DNA of 61,636 nt, filler included, from Choristocarpus tenellus KU-1152 (GCA_964200185.2; 11 parts of 11 records of this genome joined end to end with filler, not necessarily neighbours in it), one strand, 5' to 3'; counted from the whole stretch's first letter, positions 36,085-50,539 are shown. Numbers and translations are program-made. Notes: generated from the sequence alone by a model not told the origin.

Positions 36085-39000
36085 TTTGGATTTTTATCAT
36101 CGGGAATTGTCCTCCAGCCCAGAGATAACTGAGCGGGAAGTATAGAGAAACTGTACTGGGATGAGTTCTTACCATTGGCATGGGTGGCTGGCTCATTGGC
36201 CAGCACCGACTTTGAATACCACAGTAGCTCCCGAGTTACGAAAGTTGTATTTTGATTTGTTTAAAGAGAGATAGGGTCTGAGTGATGCATGCATCTATTG
36301 TTACGTTGTAGAGACGATTAGAATTATTTTTAGGTTCACCTGTATGATGGGAGTCAGTACTACTTCAACTCCACTCCTTGAAAGGTGTTTTCAAGGATAT
36401 GTCTGATCCATCCTCTGTTTGGCAGCAATAATGTATACACAGTAGTGCGGCTGTGTGGTATGTTTCCAGAGGGGTGCATTTATTGAGTCCGTTGAGGAAG
36501 GTTGGTAGTTAATGTCCAAGACGATGAATTTTTGCGCTGTCTGTGTCTTGGTGAGCTTCAACTTGGCTTGGCCTTATTTCCCCATTTCCCTGTCTCTGCT
36601 CCTTGCTGTCAAAGGTGGGGTTGTTTCCCCCAACATATGATTCATCCTGGTGAATGCCCCAGAAAAAGAAAGGGCTTCTCTGGATGGCATCAAGTTATTG
36701 TAATTAGTGTTGATCTATGTCTCTAATTTGACTACAAGTGATTCCCAGGGCCATGGTCAGAAAGGTAGCACAAGAGTCATCCTTTGTTCCACCTCAGTAA
36801 TTTTAAAGGGTAGGTAATAAGCACTGCAATAGTTGCAAGCTGTGATTTGTGACCTGCTTCTTGACTTCTCATATGAACAACGATATGGAGTCCCAGGTGG
36901 TTTCCTCAAGTTCAAAAGGAGAGAACAGCACAAGGGTCACTCCTCAGTATTTTCTACAACATGGTAGTAATGTATTTGTTCAAAACATACTGCTTGGTAC
37001 TGTATGCTATGTATTTTAAACAGTGTAACAAGTTTGAATTCTGGGTTGGGGCAGGTGATTGATTCTGTATGATGCATTGACCAAACACCCCACTCTTCAT
37101 TCCTCATGGTGATCGTTTGAGAAAAGACATGAGCGTTGATGGAGGTTGAGATGCATGAGATTGGGAGGCAGTAACATCCCATACTTTTTTTATTTTCATC
37201 CACGAGTGATGGGAGCTTAGGATGGCACAAGTGAGTTGTGGAGGAAGATCTTATCCCTGTGGAAAGGCAACTTCCACTTAAGGAGGGGCAAACAGGGACT
37301 TGCAGGAGGGATCAGAAAAGGGAGGGGATGGAACATCCTACTTACCTGATAGGGGAGTCCATGCTTAGTGATAGTGAGAGGTGTGGTAGACCCAAGTCTC
37401 ATCACATCTCAATTGCACGTGCTTTTGTAGTCTCTGCAATGTTGGAGTCATTGAGTGGATAGTGGCCCTAGGTTTGCAGCTCACAAATGCTGTGATTGCA
37501 CAGTTATCTTGAGCTATGAATGTATCACTCTGCCCCTACCTACATCTCCCCCACACACATGTATGCACCGACTGCTGGAAGCTCTTTATTAGGTATTGTT
37601 ATACAAGGAGTGGTGTATAGATATGTAGGTGAAATTTGAGGTACTGGACTGTATGAGTGTGGTCTGCTATCCCTGTGCTGTGTTAAGGGTGGAAGATTGT
37701 GGGATAGTGCTGAAACGGTAACTGGTGTTGTGTCCAGGCAAGGTAATCATTCAAGTGGTATCCAATCTGGGTATCCTGATAGATCTAGCCTCCAAAGTGA
37801 GGATTGTGTCCAAATCTCTGCATACGGGTTGTGCAGAGCAAGATTTGTTTGAATTGGAAGTGGCTCGGGTTCTATGATGGGTAGATGTGGTTGTTGAATA
37901 GGATCGTGTCAGACTGCAGTTAGTGCAACAAGGGGAATACAAAGGATCACTAGTATTTGCGCATAGGTCAGGAATCCCCAGCAGGTTGGCCTTGTTGCCA
38001 AAAGTAAGGGAGAGTATGCTGTGGAGATTTTTGTGTCTGGCATGCTGCTGACCTCAAGTAGTGTTGGAGTAGAGCAGAAATATCTCCATTTAGGGTACCC
38101 CCCCATGGCCTGTCCTTGAACCAGTGGGTGACCAGGCATTCAAACATTTTGTTTGGTTAAGATTTGTCAAATCAAAGAGAAGGTGATGATAATCCTGTTT
38201 GTAGGTACTTACAGCTCCTATAGCATCGATATGAAGCAGTAGAGATTAGAAACATTACTTCAAAGTACCTCTTTCTTTCTTCTCATCGTTTTTTTTGTCT
38301 TTTGTCTTAAAATTACAGTTATGGTATTTGTAATTTGGTGGGCAGGGTGGTGATCTGGATTTTACATCATTCTGGGTTACCTGTGACTACCTGAACTGGT
38401 TGCCACAGTGGTATCTCAGTACTTGACAAAATCTGCCCAGGTGTGAGTATAGTATTTCAATATTTGACAAAATCAGAGCCTGGGGTGCTACCTGAAATAG
38501 TCTGGACTGTTACCCCAGTTACTATACCATGTCATCATTGGTGTCTCCCACAGTTAGCTACACTGTACCACTAACTCTTATCAGTTCTATATTTAGTTCC
38601 CTACTTATTTCCTTTTTGTTTGCCATTACTGACATAAGGCGCAACGTAAGAGTGCAGCTCTGTTGCCTACAGAGGCGATGAAGCTCGTGTTAGAAAGTGC
38701 TTCTCAATTCTTGTTGCAAAACAACAGTACTATACCCGTAGGGGTCCCAGAAAAGGGCTTGGGATCTTGGGCATTGGATCAACCTTTGTACAAGTGGCAC
38801 TACAACACTTCTATCTTTGAGAGGGGGTCTATTTTGGGCATTTTGATCCTTTTGCTTGACACCCCACTCCCATACCTGAAAAGCAGGCAGGCCCCCTTGG
38901 TGGTGGAAGAAGAAGGGAAGACGACCGTTCATCTGTGCAAAACACGAAATTGCCCTTCAGAGTGCCAGAAGCTCACGTACCGTAAGACATCCTCCTCTAA

Positions 39001-39600
39001 GATAGGATGGTTCTTCCGTCTCTCTTAACAAACCGAAGTGGTCAACACTAACAAAAAAAGAGAAATTACCTTGTAGTAATGGGTCACAGAAGGACAGACT
39101 GAAAGACACTTTTTCAATATTGACAATACCTTTTCGAACTCATTAGAATACATTGTGGAACATTTTGTTACGAAAGGTGGTGTTGTGTTGTCCAGGAGGG
39201 CTAGCTCTGCTGTTTACTTGAAGTAAAAAAAAGGAGAGAGTTTGTCAGGAGTCATGTAGAAGAGAAGGAGAGACAGAAGCTGTCCCACTCCACTGGAAGG
39301 AATGGATTGTAGCCAATTTTGAACATCATACTACTCATTAAATCATTGTTTAATATAATATGTTTACTACCATACTATCTATGCACATGGCTTAAAACAG
39401 TCTTTCTCGCACTACCCCCACTTTTCTACCAAGGTGCTTTGACCTTTGACCTTATTCAACACAATAAAATGTTCACTATTTCTTGAAAGTATCTTCGCAA
39501 ATGCCTACTGCGTCCCCTCCCTGTGACACTAAAATTATGTTTTACCTCCCCCTTCATAACTTTAAACATACCAATAACCAAAGGTGTACAACAATCTGGG

Positions 39601-39640
<40 letters not shown>

Positions 39641-39660
39641 ACCCCCCCCCACCCTCCTTC

Positions 39661-39760
39661 NNNNNNNNNNNNNNNNNNNNNNNNNNNNNNNNNNNNNNNN
39701 NNNNTTAATTAATTAANNNNNNNNNNNNNNNNNNNNNNNNNNNNNNNNNNNNNNNNNNNN
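39661..39760. other. Artificial contig linker
   Basis: N44-TTAATTAATTAA-N44. Confidence 0.99.
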
Positions 39761-40098
39761 GGGGGCGAGTCATAGTTGAGTTGGTTCAGAACCAACCTGA
39801 TTGTGAGCAATGTTCCGGCCTTTTCAAAGCACTACTACTCACAATGGTGCACTCTTGATCAGCTTTAACGAGTATATCGTCTCTCTGGGGAGAGTAACAT
39901 GATCACAAAAAACTCTCACAGATATTTTTATTTTCTTGTTAATGATGTTATTGCAATTTTCATCCTCAGCCCGAGAAGGACAGGACAGGAAAATCAACCT
40001 CTAACACTCTCCCCTCAGAGGAAAAGGTGTCCCCTCATAAACACCCTCCCCCCTTGTATCATCAATAGACAACACCACTGGCGGCAACACAAAGCACT

Positions 40099-43000
40099 TT
40101 AGTTGTTCTGTGCCCTCTTGGCCTTAGCAGTACGCTCCTCAAGGATGGACATCTTGATGCCCTTACCCTTAGGGAGGGAGACCTAGGAAACAATAATTGA
40201 AAGTGGCATAATAAGGTTAAATGGAACAGTGAGTTGAATCAATATAATATTGTACAAACAAGAACCCGAAATTACCACCAGGAACCACATCCAGCAAACA
40301 AGTTAGAGCAATGATGTGAATCATCAGAACAGCAAAACAGTTCAAAGAGGTCTTCAAAAGTTAAAAAACAGGTCATTTTCAGAGAACACCTAAAAAAAGA
40401 AAACACACACTGACCACATACGGCGTTCTGATATCAACATTCACTACTCTGTCCATTTACTATGTGATACATGAAGGATGTGCTAACCCATGGAAAAGTA
40501 AGTTGCACCAGAGATGTAAAACGACAGTATAACTTTCCTTCATGGATACTTCACTTACCTTACCTTAGAGAAAATCTCAATGCTGCACCCCATTAATCAA
40601 AATACCCACTTGTCATCACCCCCCCGTTCTTGATACACCCAGACCTACATATGCATCAAATACAATAATACTAAGGCATGTGCAAAAACACACAGCACTC
40701 TTCCGTCTTACCATGGTCCTAGTTCCCTGGCCCAACACAAAGATGTTCTGTAGGCGAGTAGCAAACACTGCTCCGGCTCCATCCTTCACCGAGACAATAT
40801 CAAACGAACCAGGGTGCCTGCAGAATAAAAAAATCCAAAAAGTGCACCACAACATATAAAAGCAAATCAGATACAAAAAAGCCTTACAAATAGTGCATTG
40901 TTAGAATCAAATACCCAAACATATACCACAGAACACCATCTGCATCAACTCTAAACAGGCACCTACCTGTTCTACTCCTTACAAAAAAGAGAATAGAGCA
41001 AACCTGATATTTCCACATGCTGTCCACATACATCACTGCTGCAGCACCCATCCAAGGATGCCAACACTAAGCCACAGCTACACACAAGCCCAACCACTAA
41101 CCAGACTACTTCTAACACGCTGGCCTTGATGAACCTCAAAACACCGGCAATTCATCAAACACAGTCTCACTATAGTGCCAAACCACACCTTGCCAAAATA
41201 ACTGATACCACCCACCTCTCAATGTGCTGCATGATTCCTACACGCCCAGCGTTTCGGCCCCTGTTGATCATACACACATTGCCAATCTCAAACTTGATGT
41301 GGTCTGTAGGCTTACCCGTCTCAAGGTCCACCTTGATTGTGTCGTTCACCTGAATTAAACACAATTAGTACGTGTCATTCATTATCATACACACAAATAT
41401 TTCTAAGTTAGAAAACACTACATTACACATGCCAATAAAACTCAGAAACCTGATCGAAATAAAATCTGCCCTTGGTACACACATTTTTCTCAAAGATTGT
41501 GCGTATATTAATCACATAAACTAATTGTGACTTTTCCTGACAAACGCTGAATAACCAAGGTTCACAGTAAAATATCCACACTAAGAACTCCAAAAAATGC
41601 TAATAAATCCTAAATTCTAACTCTAACCCCAACCCATTTGAATAGCTTTTCAGTTTAATCAGTGGTACTTCAATCACCAACAAAAAACTGTTCTTTTCAG
41701 TTTCCGAATAGACTTTTACCACTCACAAATAATGTATAATGCCTTACCATTCCAATTAAATGTATCCTTATTTTATTCCCAATTCCAAAACAACCACCAG
41801 GAAATTTCCGAAATAGATGACTCAACAGAAAGAAATTTCTCACCAATTTCTTGGCATTCCACTTTAGTCCATGATAGAAAAAGAAAACAAATCTGTCCCC
41901 TACTTATAAATCACTAACGCAATGAACACAATCCTCTGTCAGTTTCCATCCCCCTGTCGTAGAGAGTCCGAATGCGGAGTAATGATCAACACCAAAACCC
42001 CCAACATATGTCATGATAGTTCTTGATGCACCTTGATAAGGGGGTCCGGGTATCGGATGGTCCGACCATCGTGTGTGACAATGAAGGGGATCTTGTTCTT
42101 AGATATCTCCACCTGAAATCAATAAATAGTTTAGGAGGTGAGATGAAATATCAATACAATAAAAATTGAACAATACATAGCTCAAAAAAGGCACACAAAC
42201 ACTAGAATATTAAGAAAAATAATTTTACTCTTTCATAGCTTTTCCCCCCACACTGGAACCACATAAAAAAGAGCACAGGATAAGAACAGTCTCCTACAAA
42301 AATGAACACACAAGGTTCCCACCATATAATGTAGACTTTCAATCTAAATATCACACATATTAAATCTGATACCCTTGTATAGCATTGCTCAGTAGTCCAG
42401 ATAGTAGCACAGGCAAAACATCTGCCAAGATGTGTTAACCTATAGCAAACATGAAAATCTGGACAAAAGGCATCAACACCTGAAGTCTTCAAACATCACA
42501 CCTCTTCATCAAAAACAGCCCCAAACAACCAACAGCAGTACCTTGTACCTCACCTTACAAAAACACATTTTCCACAGTATCTCAAAGTGCACAGATATAC
42601 ACATCTCATCAAACACAAACTGTTCAACATCACAAATCTCCCTTTACCCTATACTCTATCCACACACTTCCAAATATCAATCTAAAATTCTTTTCTAACC
42701 TTAATCACACGGCAAAGCTTGAACTTGGCCTCCTCATCAGACACCCGATGAAGAACAAACCGCCCCCTGGTGTTGTACAGAAGGCGGAACTGATCACCTG
42801 AACGCTGGATCTGAACCACATCTAAAAATAAAAACACAACACTAATAGATCAGTACTTGACAAGATGAAAAAAAATACATGCTACAAATTACCTACATTT
42901 TTTTTTTTACTGTTCAGAAACAACCGCCTTCAAAAATACATAAAAACACAAAAAAAATTATAAAAGGGTTATCTGGCGTGGGTGTTAGCAATTCAATCCA

Positions 43001-44126
43001 ACAGAGAGAATATGGGAAGAGAGTATGTTGACAGTAAAGTTAACACTGACAGGAAGAGGTATACCAAGAACAGACTAGTGAATGAAAAAGAAAGGGCATC
43101 ACAGAATCTGACAAGCCGTAACCCTAAGATGAACACCTGAAAAATATTTTCACACAAATCTAAGGAGTGGAATGCTAGCATGAAGAGGACGCATTCACCA
43201 ATACTCAACTCCATCCATATCTGCAATCACAAAGACTTTAGTGACACAAGGGCACATCAGTAACAAGGTTACCATCGGTAGAAATCCCACTGCAACACAA
43301 CACACACATGCTTTACTTGAACCAACCCGCTGAGAACCTAGAAAAGCAAACTGCATGCATTAGACAAAAAAAAGAAGAATCACAGACCCTAACCCTGACT
43401 CTCAACACTCTGGTCCATTTTTTTCAAAAATGAGCAACTCACCCATGAAGCCAGCAGGGAAGTTGATGTCAGTGCGAACCTTGCCATCAACCTGCAAGAG
43501 TCAAATGTTTAAACAGAAAAATACAGAAACAAGAAAATCAGAACTCTTTTGCAAGGTAGTAACTATTAGTTATCCAGAAAGGAACAAAACTCTTCTAAGC
43601 CGCAGTTACAGTCATAAATACATCATAAATCACACCCTTGACTACACCTCACAAACCCTAGTTAACTACAAGGAAGCAGAAGAGCAATATGGTGGAGGTC
43701 AGAGGAGCCAACAACAGGAGTCACAAAAGCACAAAACTTCTCCAAGGTATACTCACACAAACACACTACTGCCACACCTACACCTACCTTCCCTCAACCC
43801 TAAAGTATGTCCTTTCTACTCACCATTCCTCTACTCCCTTCACCTACAACAAAACATTCAGATTGGCAACCAATTTCGTAAAAAAAACCCCTTGAAACTA
43901 CACGTACATCAAGGTATTTCCACAACGCCTTCCCACCCCCCACCCCCCATCAACAATTTCAACACAATTTTTTTTGAAAATGTCACTCCGTTCTCGTCGT
44001 ATTCACCTTGACAAGCTTTTGCATGCAGATCATGGTTGCTTCTGACTTTGTCAGGGCATACTTGAGGCGGTTGCGGATGATGATCACCAGGGGCATGCAC
44101 TCGCGCCCGTTGTGGGGTCCGGGGGA
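40099..44126 (-). CDS. RPS4: 40S ribosomal protein eS4 (S4e), 5'-truncated by contig end
   Basis: Exons 44007-44126, 43443-43491, 42700-42821, 42032-42112, 41216-41349, 40712-40817 and 40099-40182, all GT-AG and in phase. Protein: GPH..RECMPL…[56 protein letters not shown]…[29 protein letters not shown]…*. Confidence 0.98.
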
Positions 44127-44226
44127 NNNNNNNNNNNNNNNNNNNNNNNNNNNNNNNNNNNNNNNNNNNNTTAATTAATTAANNNNNNNNNNNNNNNNNN
44201 NNNNNNNNNNNNNNNNNNNNNNNNNN
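44127..44226. other. Artificial contig linker
   Basis: N44-TTAATTAATTAA-N44. Confidence 0.99.
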
Positions 44227-44296
44227 CCAAAAATCGCGACATGAAAAAATTGACCCCAAATGGACAGCCACCACCCCCTCCCAGATACTTTGAGCC
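44227..44296. mobile_element. MITE terminus at a contig edge
   Basis: Near-identical to 35036-35104; ends in agatactttgagcc. Confidence 0.8.
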
Positions 44297-44600
44297 ACAA
44301 GGGAAATTTAAAGCACAATGACTGAGGGAGAAGATCGAGCTTGTTGAAACATAGATTGCTCCTTCTGTAATTCCTATATACAGTTCAGAACCATCCTTAG
44401 TGTACATTTATCCACATCACCCTGTACCGATCTGTATAGCATATTATCATAACTTACCGTCCCACTCTACACATGGTAATAGTGTTGGAACTTATATTGC
44501 TTTCTCCACGATTAAGAGTCTGTCTCTACGTATGTAGCTCTCTCGAGACGTATCATGAGTTTCAAGCTAGAGACATTCCGCAGGTGGGCAAGAAGGGGCT

Positions 44601-44856
44601 GAGTCAAAGTATCTTAGAGAGTAGAACCGCGTCCGTTTGGAGGCCAAAATCCAATGTAGCGGTTTTGATGAAATTCTGGCCATCGAGTTTGTTAGGGAGT
44701 GTCATTATCCTTGTTCCGCACACAACTTTTCGTAACAAATACCTTTTACCTACTCCGAAATATTTCGAAGCAGGTAAAATGTCATTGAAAACCTTTGGAA
44801 GCCAGATCTCAAACGGATAAACAGGGCAAAACTCGTACAAGTCTAGATCTTCGCTC
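44601..44856 (+). mobile_element. ~256-bp MITE (family of 15725-15965)
   Basis: Starts GAGTCAAAGTATCTTAGAGAGTAG and is colinear with the 15725 copy throughout; the right TIR is decayed. Confidence 0.85.
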
Positions 44857-45589
44857 ACTAGTGTAGGGCTAAGCTAGGTCGGAGTTATAGCAGCAATGTA
44901 CACACGACATTGTAATTTTCAACCTTTAAAGGAGTGTTGTAGTGTAGCTGGAAATTTAAATAGTAAGTTGATTTTGGAGAGATATCATTAATATTTACGA
45001 CAACTGTCAATTCTACAGAGGTCCTTGTGATACTGGTTTGACTTTTTCCATGACACATATCTGCAAAATATTAGAGGGCATCATAACAACATATATTATT
45101 AATAGATGCAGTTTAGTACCATCAACTAGTGTCAACTGTTGTTGTCCCTTCCAGTAATGGTTCTTTAGTTGGTAAGTATCTACATGTATCAACAAAGCAT
45201 TCGTACAGCCCTGCGCCGTATATGATAATTACTTACCATTGCATTTTGCATCGTTTATAGTAACCCTGACCCATTTGGTAAATGTTCTTGTTCTTCGACA
45301 TACAAACTTGTTCATTAGTTGACACATGAGTTGACTAGGGATCTGATTGAGTCGCTTGTACTTTCCCCCCCTAATATGTCAAACCATGGTACCTCGTTTT
45401 GTAGTTATTCGTTAAGGTGTTGTCTCCTCTTCCGACTTACAGTTCACCATGCAATAAGTTCACCTCGATATACAACTGGATGGGATTTATTCAGAGAAAA
45501 TACACCCGCAAGCTTCTCTACACAGGGCAAGCATCGCCATCCTGAACCACAGCACTGAATAGTGCTGGACTTCACAGTGTTCAATTAGC

Positions 45590-46812
45590 CTCTTTACAGG
45601 ACATGTGTTAAGATGCATCACATTGAATTCCACCAGCACTCCAGTACGCTTGGTCACCTCTTCGCTTCACAAGACTCCAAGTCTCTGCGCAGAGAGCAAT
45701 TTGATCAACGATTGACACAATTCAAGTATTAACTGGAGTAAGACTGCTAGTTGCAACCTCTCAGTGTATTGGGGCAAGATTAAGTTAGCCCTGGCAAATT
45801 GTCCTTGTTGCAGGAAATATCTTGCAAATCCTCAACCCCTTATAGTCCATATCGACCCTTTGTTCCCTATGTAGAAACAAGGTGAAGAGGGAGAGACAGT
45901 TATCATGCATGATGGTTATTCGGTTATTCTTCTCTTCTGCCCCAAGGCCCTTGGTATCAGCTCCATGTAGGGAAAATCATCTGCAATTCGAGTGTAGATA
46001 CCCGAGCCTAGAAGTAATGGAGGTAATGGATGAGCTTGAATAATATGGTGAAAGTCGAGGGCTCACATGAGGATAAAATTGGGTCAATTGGGGTGGGGAT
46101 TGATGTGTCGAACGGCTCAGCAACCTGCTCTGGATTCCAGTACTCCCCGAAGGATATAGGCGAGGCCGCACTGAACCTTCCCAAGGCAATTCACGCGTAA
46201 CCAGTAGAAACACCCTGATCATTCATCGTATGTCACAAACTGCATCGGTAATATCCACCGCCCTTGTCATCGCAGCTGCCCACATCAAGCAACTAATCGG
46301 CTCCTCTCGGCACGTAACACCGTCACTAACTCATGTGAGATCCTATTTCTTATATAATTGTCCTTGAGATATCAAGGGGTATCGCCCTTTTTTGTAGTAA
46401 TTTATTTGGATATCCCGTGCCCTATCATTGCCAGCTGGTCAAACCAGTCCACCATGGTGGTGAAGGTCACCAAGGGGTTTGATCCTTAGGTCTTTGGACA
46501 GTTTCACCGATATCTGAAGCCCAGCAATTTTATCATCTGATCGGACTAGGAGGTGCTCTCTTGGCTGCTTCCACAATCCTGAAAGTGAAGCTTCATTGCA
46601 GACAATGCGCACCTGTGGAATCCTCTGGTGCTCCTGAGCAGGATGTGATATGCTTTCTTGATCTTAACGACTTCTTGATTACTCACCACTTTCTCCTTGA
46701 TGAAGTTGACGTCACCACCCACATGAAGAGGGTCCTCCCTGTCCTCCAACGCCTGATAAATGTTGCCCTCCGACAAGTGGAGGAACTTTGTCAGGCATCC
46801 CTCTAATACCAC
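45590..46812 (-). mobile_element. Highly degenerate Ty1/copia gag-protease remnant
   Basis: Gag-like FLHLSEGNIYQALE…DPLHVGGDV…KKAYHILL, and a broken protease-site motif (WWNS..DAS*HMS, compare W..DSGAS.HM) near 45600-45635. Many stops. Confidence 0.45.
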
Positions 46813-47323
46813 GAGTGTGGTCTACCTGTCCAGCTACCCCAGTCCCAGGAATGTATCCTCTAGTTAGAGTATTTTGTTTCTCTTTTAAGCGTATTGCAAA
46901 GCTTTGTGTGAAAGGCTCATTGCCGATAACTGATGGTGAGTATCATGGGAAGACACGACTGGATATAAATTAGTTTGTGTTGTGACAACTGTGTAATTAT
47001 ACCACCTGACAGATTCAATGACCTGACTCATCACACCACTATGTACGATACTGTGCCAAAATAATTGAGAAGTAGTAGGCAGGTTCGGACCCTTTAGCTT
47101 TCTAAGCTATCTTTCTTACGTTGTGTGATACATTCTACTTCATTGCTATATGTACACAGTAGTGTACAGAAAATTGATTTTCCTCTTTTCCACAGTCAAA
47201 GTGACACCACAAAATCAGGAAATGTTCTTTCGTCAATGGTGCAAAATGACATTTCTTTTTCCTTTCTCGGGTCCTTAAAATACAACCCTGCTACCTCTCA
47301 GTTAGGTCAAAGTATCTGGGGGG

Positions 47324-47423
47324 NNNNNNNNNNNNNNNNNNNNNNNNNNNNNNNNNNNNNNNNNNNNTTAATTAATTAANNNNNNNNNNNNNNNNNNNNN
47401 NNNNNNNNNNNNNNNNNNNNNNN
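47324..47423. other. Artificial contig linker
   Basis: N44-TTAATTAATTAA-N44. The preceding contig ends in a MITE terminus (aggtcaaagtatctgggggg, 47304-47323). Confidence 0.99.
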
Positions 47424-48746
47424 GGTCAAACCTAAGTGTCTGTCTGCTGTGTGAGGTCAATTTCTGCCACAGAGGGGAAATTTGTTTCCTGTTTGGCTAT
47501 GCGGTCTGTTGTTGATCACCTCAATGAAATCTACACACTGCAAGTCAAGAACAGTCAGTGCAAACGTCTTTTGGAGAGGATCCTAGGAAAAAATACATAC
47601 AGTTCATTCCTACTTTTGTAGTGCTTTAGGGAAGAAAATTGCTCCCCTGGTTGGCCTGCTTATTATCAGTGCTTAACCGAGGGAGGAGAGAGGTGTACTA
47701 TTATTGGACATGCTCAACTGATCATTGCCTCACAACAAAACTACTCCCTAAATATAATTACAAACAAAAACTATTTCTCCCCCATGACAACATCTGTTGA
47801 ATGTCAACATCTATCTATTGATGTGATTGTTACTGCTCTGGAGTATTGAAATTAGAAGTTTGAGGTCAAAAAGAGGTGCAGAGAAACAAATAACAGTGGG
47901 AAGCAGCAATTAATGTCCACAACACAGAGACAATAATAGAGAGGAAAGAGAAAAACTCAATGTAGCCGAGAACAGGGGCCGCCAACACCCAGACACTACC
48001 CACTAATACCCCACAGCTGGAACAGGAAGGGCATTATTGATGCCACAGAGACATCATTAAGGTCCTACAGAACAAATCTGAACTTCTGGATCGCTCCATT
48101 CATCCCAACACAAACGATCACATACTACAAGAGCAAGGCACAAAAACTCAAGAAAAGGGAACATGTGAGAAGCGACATTTAGCAGGAAATAGTGAGCACG
48201 TGTGCACCTTCATCTGCCATAAATCGCTTTGGTTGCCGCTTTATGACAGATAACAGGTATCGCAGCATATTTATTTGGCATGCCAGTTGTCTATGAAGTA
48301 CATGGTTCCACCAACCACACATATAAGTGTTGTTCATTTTCCACCCCCTATACCCCACCATGATCCCGAACTGCTCGAGAGTGTCTTACAGATATGACCA
48401 CCAATGCTTCTCCTGGCCACCCTGCCTCTGTTTTCCATCTACAAGTCCTCCAAACACGAACACCTTCGGTATAGTGCTGTTAACTGAAAAAGATCGATCT
48501 AGAAATTCAATCGACTTACATTGTTTTGTAATTTTATTCAATCGACAACGCACAAGGCAAGAAACAGGAAGCACGCTGAGTGGCACATTGTGCCATGAGG
48601 CAAGAAACCCGTCAAGCTGATGGGGGACCCTGCCAGATGCTAAGAAAAAAAGCAATGAACTCTATTTTTGTTTGGCTCTTTCTACACTGCCAGAATCATT
48701 ATATCCTGTGACATCTGTGACAAGATATTACCAACGTTTTATTTTT

Positions 48747-48927
48747 GGGTCAAAGTATCTGGGGGGGAGGGGGGTGGTTTGCGAGGGGGCGTCCGTTTCG
48801 GTCAAACCACTCTTTTTTTTGCTGACATTTCAAATCTGACAAGTGCGACCAAATACACCAAAAAAGTGAAAATGGAATAAAGGGTGGAAAACGGTCGCCG
48901 ACACCCCCCCCTAAGATACTTTGACCC
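48747..48927 (+). mobile_element. 181-bp MITE with perfect 14-bp TIR GGGTCAAAGTATCT
   Basis: GGGTCAAAGTATCT … AGATACTTTGACCC; flanks tttt / tata give no exact TSD. Confidence 0.85.
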
Positions 48928-50539
48928 TATAAATGGATAAACGGCTGAGCAGTTACGAAGAGGGATTTGTCGTCACATAAAAAAAAATCAATGAAGATTT
49001 TTAGCAATGCCATCAGAGAATAGCATGTACAATAACACAACGAACACCATCTGGGCCTGTTATGTTTATAATTCACACTACTACAATGAAGGACTAGCAA
49101 AAATTAAGCGAAACAGGTGTACTCTTTAAACTACAAGCACTATGAATGCCATCTTTAGGAAATGTAGCTGTGGCTAAGCCCCCGTTCCTGTGACTGGATT
49201 CCTCCTGTCTTCAAGTTGCTATCTTGATATTCTTGGCATCCCTCCATGCATCCACCTTGCCAGACGGTACACAAGAAGGACGAGAACCTGCACATTGTCA
49301 GTGATTAATCTCTCTCTCTCTTTGCCGTACCATTACTCCAAAATGACAAAAATATACGTTCCAACTCTGCCTGTGAAGCTGGGATGGCCAAGACTATGGG
49401 TAGGCAAGTTTGACTATGCGTGGAGAGAAGGAAGCTCTCTCTCATCACCCATAGGCATGGCACCATCAAAAGCTAGGATCACCCAACTTCCAACCGCGCT
49501 GACTGCTTCTTTGTGACTTCCACCGCCCTTTCACTGAATTTCCACGACATTGTTCAAGGGAAGCTCTACGAAAACCTTTATCCTCCTTATTGGACAGCAT
49601 TGCGACCTCTCAGCATGGGCAGTGTGTGTGCTGTGTCGTATTGTGCGAGCTGTATTTGGCATGTCCTGTCCTGATTGGTCCTTCATGCTGTATCATGTCC
49701 CTCACTCCCATCCTTTGGTTGGTTTTCCTCGTCATCCATACCTGGCAGGTGTATCACCCAGGTCCCCAGACCCAACTACTTCTCCAAAAGCATCAGGGAG
49801 ATTCATACCTAGCTATGGAGATGTGTGAGGTGGTGGGGAACTATTTACAGTGCTTTCCTGGCGCTCAACGCAGAAAATAGACCAATATACTTGAGTCCCT
49901 CCGCGACACTATCTGTAACATGTAAATGGACATAATGATGTATATACTATTTGTTCACGTAGGTCAAGCTGTTGACAGGTCACGCAAAGAAGACCTTGTG
50001 TGTAATGCTCAAGGTTCAGTATCTGGAGAGTGGATATATAGAATGAGCTGAAGCTCTTTCACTCTTGCATCCACCTTCAGTGAACCTCATTTTCTTCTAA
50101 TCCTGCTTTAAGCCACTCTAGTTCCTCAATGTTGTAGCAGTTTTGATGCTTACAAGCTTGTGTTTGCTTCACGCTTGCAACCTTCCCTTCCGTTGGTATC
50201 TCCTTCTTAACAAGAGACGAGGGTCCCCCCTGCTGACATATCAGGTGAACCAACAATTCGTAAGTCTTGCAAGTTGGACTGGACGATATATGTGAGATGT
50301 TTTTTATGTGTCACCGTATGTTCTGATTGCATAGCGTTCACGTAAGGTGAACCTCCGACAGGTGTTTGATTCCATCACCGTGAAGCACACCAGTTATAAA
50401 TGAAGTGCTAAGGCCTAGTGTAGTTTGTTTGGGGTGATGACTTTTACGCCCTATTGTGTCACTCGACCAAGCCCATGGGAGAGACCGTCAAACATGACTT
50501 CCTTCAGGCTTACAATGTATCTGCTTGGGGTCGCAGTCA

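Noticed and set aside
36400-38200. Possible retroelement ORF on the minus strand
   Set aside because: No diagnostic RT, endonuclease or integrase motif could be read.
39601-39660. Poly-proline ORFs from long C runs (also 61-80, 20997-21027, 61561-61630)
   Set aside because: Homopolymer tracts at or near contig ends with unreliable length; not evidence of coding.
42385-42515. Box C/D snoRNA in an RPS4 intron (TGATGA…CTGA on the minus strand)
   Set aside because: Box C lacks the leading purine, there is no convincing terminal stem, and I recognised no rRNA guide. An Infernal/snoscan run would be needed.
9763-47423. Recurrent TTAATTAATTAA motif, and ORFs ending in XXXX…LIN
   Set aside because: These are synthetic six-frame-stop linkers. 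ORFs crossing them and gene neighbourhoods across them are artefacts.
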